A DNA stretch of 64,000 nt from Chiloscyllium plagiosum (taxonomy: Eukaryota): positions 19,149,462 to 19,213,461 of the forward strand of contig NC_057751.1 in assembly GCF_004010195.1 (NCBI RefSeq), in the 5' to 3' direction. The translations under genes and the position numbers were made by a program. This document shows, in pieces, positions 49,001 to 61,000 of this stretch. Each line of letters starts with the position of its first letter. Positions within the stretch are counted from its first letter, which is position 1. Under the pieces are notes generated by a model. It searched no databases. It saw nothing but the letters and a program-made list of their open reading frames with translations, and was not told where the DNA came from.

Positions 49001-52000
49001 ATCTTTTCAGAAAGAGTGTTCCAAAGACTCACCGCCCTTTGTGAGAAAAAGTCTCGCTCCTAAATGGGCAGGCCCTTTTTTTTAAAACAATGACACCCCT
49101 ACCCCCTGCTCCCCCAATCCCCAGCCCCTTGTGTTCGATTCTCCCATAACAGGAAACACCCTTTCCAACATCCCTCCCATCAGCATTCTGTTTGTTTTGA
49201 TTAAGTCACCAGCTGATACAATTCTAGTCTGTCCAACCCTTCCTCTTAAACCCATTACCCTGCCCATTCCAGGAATCAGTCTGGTAAGGCTTCTCTGCAC
49301 TGTCTCCAATGCACTAACATATTTCTTTCAATAAAGTGGCCAGTGTAAATACTACTTGAGATGCAGCCTCACCAGAGTCCTCTATAACCGAAGCACAACC
49401 TCCCTACTTTTTACATTCAATTCCCCTTGCAATAAAATATAACACTCTATTTGTCTTTTATTTTTTAGAAAATCTAAGAGCAATAGGAGTCAAGGTAGAA
49501 TTTCATAACCGGGAAAGGCAGTATATTTAATGGCATTTAATGCAGATTGTCTTGGGTACAGTGCTTAACTGGGCATAGGCAATTAGCCTCTGTCTTGGTG
49601 AGAAATGTGGTGCCGGTCTGGTGATATTCCACCAGATTCCATCGTCACCCTGAACAAATTCTACCGGCACAAGAGTGTGGAATGAAACAGCATCCAGTGT
49701 TAACTGAAAAGGCTAGACACCCGCAGACACCTCAGATACTTTAGATGCATCTGAAACAGTCCTCGTACATGCCAAACACACCACATTCAGTCTGGACACT
49801 CTGCATACAAACCCCGGTAAATCCATTTCAAGAGACAAAATACTATCTTTGCTTTCCCTAGTTCCCCATCTTGCAGGATAATGGGGCGGGGGGAAGAGGG
49901 GGGGGGTAGCATTTACACACTTCATTTCCATATTTACATTGGAGGTTGGCAGGATGTTATGGGGAATAAATTTTGCCTGAGCCTGTGTACCTTCAATACT
50001 CTGCAGGAGCCATGCTGTGTAACCTTATCACTCCCTTTCAAAACACAAGTCACTTACTTTAACTGCGGTGAAATTGGTGGCATCGTTGACTCCATTTAAT
50101 GTTGTTGTGTCTGTGTTCAGGTAGGTGTAATGATTGCAGTCCGGTAGCACCTTCAGATGCTCTGTGGAGTAGAAACGTAGAGGATGATTGCTGTGACAAT
50201 TTCTACTGAGCACTTGTATTTAATAATGTGGAAACACAGCAGCGTGCTGCAATGCCCCACAGCATTGTGCCAAAGTTCAGGCTAGTCATGTCGATGATTT
50301 CCCCATTGAGTGTCATCACTTGCACGTTGGAGGAGGACAGGATGAGTTTACCACCCCAATCCCCTGACCAAATATGTGAAAATCCAACAGCTTGCATAAG
50401 CTAAGGCTTACCATAATGAGCAGCAACTGAAGTGAGGTCCTAGGAAGTGTGGGTAGAACCACACCCTCTGGTCACTAAGGGACTTCCTGAATGTCTGATA
50501 AGATTGGTATGGAGATGCCGGTGTTGGACTGGGGTGGACAAAGTTAAAAATCACACGACACCAGGTTATAGTCCAACAGGTTTAATTGGAAGCACTAGCT
50601 TTCAGAGCGATGCTCCTTCATCAGGAGGAACAGAGGGATCTAGGTGTGCAAGTACATAGATCCCTCAAAGTTGCCACCCAAGTGGATAGGGTTGTTAAGA
50701 AAGGACATGGTGTTTTGGCTTTCATTAACAGGGGGATCGAGTTTAAGAGCCGCGAGGTTTTGCTGCAGCTTTACAAGTCCCTGGTGAGACCACACTTGGA
50801 ATGTTGTGTCCAGTTCTGGTCACCCTACTGTCGGAAAGGTACAGAGGCTTTGGAGAGGGTGCAAAGAAGGTTTACCAGGATGCTGCCTGGACTGGAGGGC
50901 TTGCCTTATGAAAAAAGGTTGAATAAGCTTGGACTTGAGAAAAGTCCAGAGAGAAGAGACCTGATCAAGGTATACAAAATAATGAGAGGAATAGATAGAG
51001 TCAATAACCAGAGACTTTTCCCCAGGGCAGGATTGACTGGTACGAGAAGTCATAGTTTGAAGATATTAGGAGGAAGGTATAAAGGAGACGTCAGAGGTAG
51101 GTTCTTTATGTAGAGAGTTGTGAATGCATGGAATGCGTTGCCAGTGGTGGTGGTGGAAGCAGAGTCATTGGGGACATTTAAGCGACTGCTGGACATGCAC
51201 ATGGATAGCAGTGAGCTGAGGGGGGTGTAGGTTAAGTTATTATATTTTACATTGGGATTAAATCTCGGCACAACATTGTGGGCCAAAGGACCTGTTCTGT
51301 GCTGTACTTTTCTATGTTCTATGTTCTATGTTCTATGTTTTATAACCTGGTGTTGTGTGATTTTTAACCTAATAGGATTGGACATTGTGAACATCAACAG
51401 TTTTGAAAGTATGTGAGATACCTCAGAGTAATGTGTAGAAACGCTCTGACCCTATTTCTGTTTATAAAATGTTCAACTTGAAATGCTTTGCCCTCTGATT
51501 GTATGCCTGGCATGGAATGCGTGTTATAAATATTAAGACACCCAAGAGTGGAACATGAAGTATGGGGACAAGTTGAGTTTTGTCATAAATTCTGTAACTT
51601 TTCAACTGGAAATGGTGGTAATATACCTTGGGAAACTTTCTGAATAATATATATTTTGGGGGGAAAAATTGACTGCTCACAGCAGGGACACTATCCGTTA
51701 TTTGGACAAGGATACACAATACGCTCTGTCCCGGAACTAGATCGAGTGGAATTACAAAACGGTCAGAATGGGATGGAGGTATAGAAAATGGAAAGACAAA
51801 CAATACTCACTGAGAAGGTCAGGGGATCCTCCAGCCAACAGCTGGTAGAAGATATGGAAGTTCCTCTCTCCTTTCAGACGTTTGACAACACGAGATTTCT
51901 CTAGAAGATCTGAAACAACATCCAATCCATCAGAACTCAAAGTAGATCCATACTAAATCCAGGTTTGTTTCTCTCCCCTTTTCTGTCAGGTTTCCACCAG

Positions 52001-55000
52001 GATAAAACGTTCAAACTCATTAGAAAAAAATGAGAATAAACAGCGTTGTGTTGCAACACTAAATTATAAAGGTCACCAGACAGATTAGGATGAGGGATGC
52101 ATTAGCCCCGTTTTAGTTCATCTGACCAGAAAGCCAAGCTGCTCCGCATTAACCTTTTCTCCATCGCGTACAGCCTTGTGTCCTTCCATATGTCCTATCT
52201 CAGTTGCTTCCTTTCAAGTCTAAAAGGCTCATGTTCCTCCAGTTGTTCTTCATTGCTCAATCTTCTTAACACTGGAAGCAGCTTCTCATGGCCTTCAGCA
52301 CTACAGCATTTTCCTATTCACTTATTTAATTTCCTAATCTTACCTTCATCCAGACAAATTGTCTTGCTATTGCAGTATTGTGATAAATAGTTCATTGAGC
52401 AAACCAAAGATAGAAAACAATTGATAAGCAGAAAGAAATTCCTCTTCGTCTCTGTCTTAAATGGGCAACCCCTTACTTTGAGATGATTCCGTCTGGTTTT
52501 AGACACTCCCACAAGGGAAAACAATCTCTCTGTATCTCCCCTTCAAGTTCCCTAAGAATCTTGTATATTTCAATCAAGTCACCTCTCATTCTTTGAAATT
52601 CTAATGAGTACAGGCCCAATCTATTCAACCTCTCCTCATCAAACAGTCTCTCCATACCTGGGATCAGCCGAGTGAACCTTCTCTGGACTGTCGCCAATGT
52701 CAATACACCTTTCCTTAGATAAGGAGCCCAGAACTGTTCACAGTATTTCAACTGTGGTCTGACTGGTGCCTCATATAGTTTTAGCAAAAACCTCCTGACT
52801 TCATTACTCCATTTAGAGTCATAGAGATATATAGCACAGAAACAGACCCTTCGGTCCATCTTGTCCATGCCGACCAGATATCCTAAATTAAACTCGTCCC
52901 ATTTGCCAGCACTTGGCCCATATCGCTCTAGACCCTGCCTATTCACGCGCCCATCCAGATGCATTTTAAATGCTGTTATTGTACCAGCCTTCATCACATT
53001 CTCTGGCAGTTCATTTCATACACAGACTACCCTCTGCGTGAAAAATTGCCCCTTAGGTCCCTTTTAAATTTTTCCCCTCTCACCCTAAACCCATGCCCTT
53101 TCATTCTGGACTTCCCCACCCCAGGGAAAAGACTTTGCCTATTTACCCTATCCATGTCCCTCATGATATTATAAACCTCTATAAGGTCACCCCTCAGCCT
53201 CCGACGCTCCAGGGAAAATATCCCCAGCCTATTCAGCCTCTCCCTGTAGCTCAAATCCTCCAACTCTGGCAACATCCTTGTAAATCTTTTCTGAACCCTT
53301 TCAAATTTCACAACATCCTTCCTATAGCAGGGAGACCAGAATTGCACATAATATTCCAACAGTGGCCTAACCAATGTCCTGTACAGCCGCAACATGACCT
53401 CACAACTCCTGTACTCAATGCTTTGTCTAATAAAGGAAAGCATACCAAACGTCGTCTTCACTATCCTATCTACCTGTGACTCCACTTTCAAGGAGCTATG
53501 AACCTGCACTCCAAGGTCTCTTTGTTCAGCAACACTCCCCAGGACCTTATGATGAAATGTATAAGTGCTGCCCTAATTTGCCTTTCCAAAATGCAGCACC
53601 TTGCATTTATCTAAATTAGTCATAGTCATGGAGTCATAGAGATGTACAGCATGGAAACAGACCCTTCGGTCCAACCCGTCCATGCCGACCAGATATCCCA
53701 ACCCAATCTAGTCCCACCTGCCAGCACCAGGCCCATATCCCTCCAAACCCTTCCTATTCATATACCCATCCAAAAGCCTTTTAAATGTTGTAATTGTACC
53801 AGCCTCCACCACTTCCTCTGGCAGCTCATTCCATACATGTATAAACTCCGTGTGCCAAGATCCCGTTGCAATCTGAGGTAACCTTCTTTGCTGTCCACTA
53901 CACCTGCAATTTTGGTGTCATCTGCAAACTTACTAACTATACTTCTTATGTTCACATCCAAATCATTTATCTAAATGATGAAAAGTAGTAAACCCAGCAC
54001 TTCTTTGAAATAAATGCCAACATTCTGTTTGTTTTCCCCGTCACCTGCTGAACTTGTGTGTTAGTTTTTTTTATGATTTATGCACGACGATTTCCAAATC
54101 CCTTTGTGCAGTCTTCCTCCCTTTAAACAATATTCACCTCTTCTATTCTTCTTGTTAAAGTGCATAACCTCAGATTTCCCCACATTATATTCCATGTGCC
54201 ATTTTGTTGCCCACTTACTTAACCTGTCTACATCCCTCTGGCAGACTCTTTTGCCATTCTCACTATACACCTTTCCATCTATTTTTGTGTCATTTGCAAA
54301 CTTGGTGATTATACATTCATTTCCCACATCCAAGGTATTATTATATATTGCAAATAATTGTAGCTCCAGCAGTAATCTCTCTGGCACCACACCAGTTGTC
54401 ATCTTGTAAAGGTCCCCATTATCCCAACTCTTTGTCTTCTATTAGTTATCCAATTCTCTATCCATGCTAATATATTGTCCCCCAACACCTTGAGCTCTTC
54501 TCTTACTAAGTAGCCTGACATGTGGAACCTTATCAAATGCCTTCTGAAAATCCAAATATGTTAATTTTATTGGCTCCCCTTTATCTATCCTGATTGTTAC
54601 CTCATGAAAAAACTCTAATACAAACATCAGGTATGTTGTTCCGTCTGTGAAACCATGCTGACTCTGCTTGATCATGTTGTGTATCTCTAAATGCTTTGTT
54701 ATTCCAACAGAATGTAAGATTTTGCAAATGACAGATGATAAAGTAACTGGACTGTAAGTTACCTTTTTTTTGTCACCTCGACTTTCTTGAATAAACGTGT
54801 TGCACTGGCAGTTTTCCAATCCTCTGGCACCTTTCCAGAATCAAAGAATTCTTAGAATATCAATCTCAGTGCATCTACTATCCAAGTACCTTCGATCCAT
54901 GCTGACCAGATATCCTAAATTCATCTCGTCTCATTTGCCAGCATTTGGCCAATGTCCCTCTAAACCCTTCCCATTCGTGTACCCATCCAGATGCCTTTTA

Positions 55001-58000
55001 AATGCTGTAATTGTACCAGCCCCCACCACTTCCTCTGGCAATTCGTTCCATACGCGTACCACCCTCTTCATGAAAAAGTTGCCCCTTAGGTCCCTTTTAA
55101 ATTATTCCCCTCTCACCCTAAACCTATGCCCTCTAATTCTGGGCTTTCCCACTCCAGGGAAAAGACCTTGTCTATTTACCCTATCCATGCCCCTCATGAT
55201 TTTATAAACCTCTATAAAGTCACCCCTGGAATGCAACCTATCAGCCCCAGGATGCTTATCAGCCTTTAGCCCCATTAGTTTCCCGAGTACCTTTTCCTCT
55301 AGTTATTGTTTATGTTTCTCTCCCCATTTTTGCCCCTTGATTATTTTGCAGTTTTGGAATGCTGTTAGTGTATTCCACTGTGAAGACAGATGCAAAGTAC
55401 TCCTTCAATTCCTCTGCCATTTCCTAGTTCCCCATTATTATTTCCCTAGCTTCTTTCATTTCTCCCCCTCTCTTCCTTTTTATGTAATCTTGCTGTCTAG
55501 TTTACTCTCAAAGTTTATTTTCTCCCTCTGTTTTTTGGTCATATTTTGTTGGTTTTTAAAACGTTCCCAATCCTCTGGGTTACCACCAATGTATGTCACA
55601 TTGTATGGTTCTTCTTTCAATTTGATTCCATCCTTAGCTTTCTTGGTTAACGACAGTTGGTTTATCCTTTTCCTAGAATCCTTTTTCCTCACTGGGATGC
55701 ATCTTTCTTATGAGTCATGAGCTATTTTCTTTAACATCTCCATTATTCCTTGACCATCTTTCCTGTGAAGTTCCTCTCACAGTCCTCTCCAGCAACTCTG
55801 CCTTCATTCCTTTGTAATTACATTGATTTAGGTTTAGTTGTTTCAACGGTTTCCAACTCAAATTTGTCATCCTCAAACTGAATGCCAAATTCTACCAAGT
55901 TATGCTCAATGGTTCCTATGAGATTTTTACTTAGGACATCATTTATTAAACCTGCCTCATCACACATCATCTATAGACCACTCCCACCAGTGTCTTCTTC
56001 CCTTTCTTATTTCTTACCTGCCTATTGGAGATTCTACATCACTAATCCAAGGTCAAGACCTACACCCAGTCTGAGCAGTTGCTGGAATGAAATTGCCTCT
56101 TTAACTGCATTCAAATACACAGAGGGACCCCGGTAGACTTTCATCTTACCAACCTTTAACAAATACAAAATCATGGGCAGCTTGTCCCCAATTTTGCAAT
56201 GAAAGCAAGCATGGAGGTACAGCAGACAGTGAAGAAAGCTCATGACATGCTGGCCTTCATAACAAGAGGAATTGAGTAAAGGAGCAAAGAGGTCCTTCTG
56301 CAGCTGTACAGGGCCCTGGTGAGACTGCACCTGGAGTATTGTGTCCAGTTCTGGTCTCCAAATTTGAGGAAAGACATTCTGGCTATTGAGGGAGTGCAGC
56401 GTAGGTTCACGGGGTCAATTCCCGGAATGACGGGACTATCATCCAGAGGGCAGTGGAGGCCAAGTCTCTGGATACTTTCAAGAAAGAGTTGGATAGAGCT
56501 CTTAAGGATAGTGGAATCAAGGGTTATGGGGATAAGGCAGGAACAGGATACTGATTAAGGATGATCAGCCATGATCATAATGAATGGTGGTGCAGGCTCG
56601 AAGGGCCAAATGGCCTACTCCTGCACCTATTGTCTATTGTCTATTGAAGGCATTTAGCTCACCAAGGGATAAATACTGGCCCCAGGACACCATGGGGAAT
56701 GGCCCTGTTCTTTTTCCAGTGATGGCCACAGGATCTTTTACACTCGTAATATACAGAGCCTTGGTTTCTACACCCTGGCACTGAAGAGAGATGTCCATGC
56801 CTACAGCAGTTTATAAAAGTGATGAGGAAAATCTTGTGAGTTCTTGTTGGATTAGCTGCAGACTTGCTGCTGTGGGCACTGGATCGCAGCTTTACTGGAT
56901 TTATTTTTGATAAAGCAAATGGCAGGCGAGCCAACATTTCTTGCAAGGAGCTGGAGATCCTCCGCTCCCATTACTGCCTGCACTGACTCTGTCGCTGTTC
57001 GGATTACCAGCCAGCTTTGTGTTATCTGCTGTCAGCCTTTGCACGTTTATGAGTCTTTAATGGGGCATGAGGAACAGATTTGCTTCACTGAGGTGTTCTT
57101 AAAAGCAAAGTGGTAAATGAAGTAGAAGACATGGAGGAGTTATTTCAAAGATCTTATGTCAATAAAAACAGACTATACTAAATGCTTAGTCCACTTTTTT
57201 TGCTGCGTGCAAGTTGGCTGTTGCATTTCCTACAACTGTGACTACACTGCCACAGTGCTTCAAATCCACATTTCAGAAACTTCGATTCTAACCAGCAAAA
57301 CAAAGTCAGCTGAATGCTGAATGATGGTACAGATTCATATAAAAGAAGGCTGTATTCATACAAGCCAGGTGCCCAGCCTATGTTTATGATCTAGAAGCGC
57401 AACATGCCAGATATTGTGTTTGGGAAGCGTAGTGAAAGCAGCTCAAATTGAGGGAATTGATAGGAAGGTCCTTTCTACAAATTTTGTCTTAATTGGTTGT
57501 AACTCTTAAAAAAATATACATCCACCTTCCGAGTCAGCACATTCCTAATAGGTTTGAATCGACTATAACCCTAGACAGCTTTAAGTTCTGATTGCAGCTG
57601 CTGACTTGTATTTATTACCTTTCAAAGTTCGCCAATAATCATTAACGTAAATTGCCTTTGGACTTTGAGATAACTGAAGATTGTTTTACAAGTATTCCAT
57701 GTCCAACTTTCTCCAGTTGTGATGAAAGTTCATCAAGCTGAAATGTTGGCTCTGTTCCTCTCTCTGAAGACACTGCCAGTTTCTCCGGCAGTTTCTGATT
57801 TTATTTCAGATATTCAACACCCACAACATTTTGCTTTCATGCCAGGAGTGTTTCCGCTCAGTTTAAACTTGGGAAAAGTCTTGCCGATCAAACTCGAGTA
57901 TGACCTTTACTGATCACCGCACAGATCCTTCATGTGCAATAGTCACTTTCAGATTCACCCTGGGGTATTTCAGCACCATTAGTCATACATTGGTTGAATT

Positions 58001-61000
58001 TCATGTGATACTGATCAACACACCAATTAACCTAGCCTAATTCATTTTGTATTACCTTGGGATCCACCCTATCCTTGGTTTGGTATAAGCTATGAATACG
58101 CATTGGATCCTTGGGACGCCAAGGGCTTGAAATCATTCCTAAAGTAGTATGCCCAGAATTGTACACAGTACTCCTGCTGAATTCCAAACCCAAAAAAAAT
58201 CACGAAGGTTAACATAACTATCTCTCCATTGCACTCAATTGTGTTATTAGTACATATCCCAAGTTGTTTCATTTAACAAGAATCAGAGTAAAAATTGTCT
58301 AAATCCCAATATTTTCTATCCTTCAAAATAAAACAAAAATGTATAAATCCACCACTTTGAAAAAAAAACCCATGACATTCCATGTGATGATTGGGTGGAC
58401 AAAAGACTTTCCTTTAACTCTGACACTGTAAACAGTATTCTTCCAAAATGAGGGGGCACAATCACAAGGGTCACGAAATACAAAAGAACTACTGTACCCA
58501 TGAGTGACAATGCCTGGCACCCACCTATCCCTATGGTTATGTGCATGTTCCTTCTGTACATCTCTATGACTCTATGACTCTGACCTCACTCAGCATTTAT
58601 AGAGTCGTAGAGTCATAGAGATGTGCAGCATGGAAACAGACCCTTTGGTCCAACCCGTCCATGCCGACCAGATATCCCAACCCAATCTAGTCCCACCTGC
58701 CAGCACCTGGTTCATATTCCTCCAAACCCTTCCTATAAGAAAAAACAATAACTGCAGATGCTGGAAACCAGAGTCTACGTTAGAGTGGTGCTGGAAAAGC
58801 ACAGCAGTTCAGGCAGCATCTGAGGAGCAGTAAAATCAGTCTATTCCTGATGAAGGGCTTTTGCCTGAAACGTCGATTTTCCTGCTCCTCGAATGCTGCC
58901 TGAACTGCTGTGCTTTTCCAGCACCACTCTAATCTAGACCCTTCCTATTCATAGACCCATCCAAATGCCTTTTAAAGGTTGCAATTGTATCTGCCTCCAC
59001 CACATCCTCTGGCAGCTCATTCCATACACGTACCACCCTCTGTGTGAAAACGTTCCCCCCTCACCCTTAACCTATGCCCTCTCGTTCTGGACTCCCCGAC
59101 CCCAGGGAAAAGACTTTGCCTATTTACCCTATCGATGCCCCACATAATTTTGTAAACGAAAACGTTCCCCCCTCACCTTAACCTATGCCCTCTAGTTCTG
59201 GACTCCCCAACCCCAGGGAAAAGACTTTGCCTATTTACCCTATCGATGCCCCACATAATTTTGTAAACCTGTATAAGGTTACTCCTCAGCCTCCAACGCT
59301 CCAGGGAAAACAGCCCCAGCCTGTTCATGTAGCTCAATTCCTCCAACCCTGGCAACATCCTTGTAAATCTTTTCTGAACCCTTTCAAGTTTCACAACATC
59401 TACCTGCTGTTTCCTATCCTTCACCTTGTTAAACCTTACATGCAGAATCTTGGCTCAAGCTTTTTGGATGACACACTTGGCAGGGGGGGGGGTAGGGCAA
59501 TAATTTAAAAAAATGATAATTGAGGTCAGTTCGGCAGAATCACCCTCAATTGAAGCCTCTTGGCAATTATTCACAAGGTTATTTTCAAGACCATTAATTT
59601 GCTTTCTGTTTTCTTGGTAATTTAAACGCATTCATGGTTAGCAATTGCTTGCCCAAAATTTGTAATCTGACAACCGATCCCATATCGCCCAAAAAATAGC
59701 AGCAGGAATGTGAGCGTTCTATGTAAACAGAGAGGTTTACTGTCCAGTACGCCCACTGGTCGCTGCTGCCTCGGATTCTGGGCCTGCTCTTCTCCAGAGT
59801 AGGATCATAACCCACTGCCACAGCAGAGCAAGGCTAGATTCCTGGAACAGTAGCCATCCAGGAGTTCCTTTACAGTTTGGCTCACGATTCTCAGTCCATA
59901 TATGGAAGGTTTTTCGCCCTTGCTCCTGTGTGGCTGGCATGATTTTGCTGCCAAATTTCAAGTCCCTGTTCTCTGCAAATCACTGATCAGATATCTATTT
60001 GCCACAACTTGCTGCTGTTACCTTCCTGCCAGCTGTTTACTGCTGGCCATTTGCTGACTGTTTGCGTCTGATCATTTGTTATTGGCTGTTTACTGCTGGC
60101 CATTTGTTGACTGTTTGCGTCTGATCATTTGTTATTGGCTGTTTACTGCTGGCCATTTGCTGACTGTTTGCGTCTGATCATTTGTTATTGGCTGTTCGCT
60201 GCTGGCCATTTGCTGACTGTTTACGTCTGATCATTCGTTATTGGCTGTTCGCTGCTGGATTAGTGGTGCTGGAAGAGCACAGCAGTTCAGGTAGCATCCG
60301 AGGAGCAGTGCTGCTGGCCTTTTGCTGACCATTTGCTGCTGACTGTTTGCTGTAACCTGGTTACTAGTGACCATCTGCCAACTGAACTGCTTGGTGTTTA
60401 CCTTTGCCAGCTGATTCCTCTATAGACTCTCCATGCTGTTTGTTTCCTGTTACTAGCTGTTTGCTGTCAGCTAACTGGACTAGACCTTGCTTCTGCTTTC
60501 TGTTGCTGGTTCCCTCAGGTCTCTGTTGCTGTGATCTCCTCATCTCGTGCGTGAGGACTGTAAATATATTATTGAAATGAAAATATGCTTTTTTTTTAAA
60601 TGATTGCAGTCCGTGGTCCTTGGGGCATTTTCCTGGTTTTGTTTTTTGGCATCACAAACAAGCCTATTAAAGACCATGAACATCACCTAAAAAAAGCTGT
60701 GCATTTGAAACTGTACAACACATAGGGTAGCATCTGGAATATGAACACAAAACAGCAGTAAAAAATACCAGGAATCCATGTCTTGAAAACAGAATTCAAC
60801 TTAATCTCAGAGAAACAGCAATTCTCATTATTATCAAAGAGATATTTCCTCAAAATATACCTCCTTATCATCTTTGACCTGGTATTGATGGAAGACCTGT
60901 GGGTGTATGCTGATTTCAATTGGATTTGTCAAGATTTTGGGCATTGGCTCTCAAACTGATAGGTTGTGCCAGTAAGGTAGGAACAGATGCACCATTGAGA

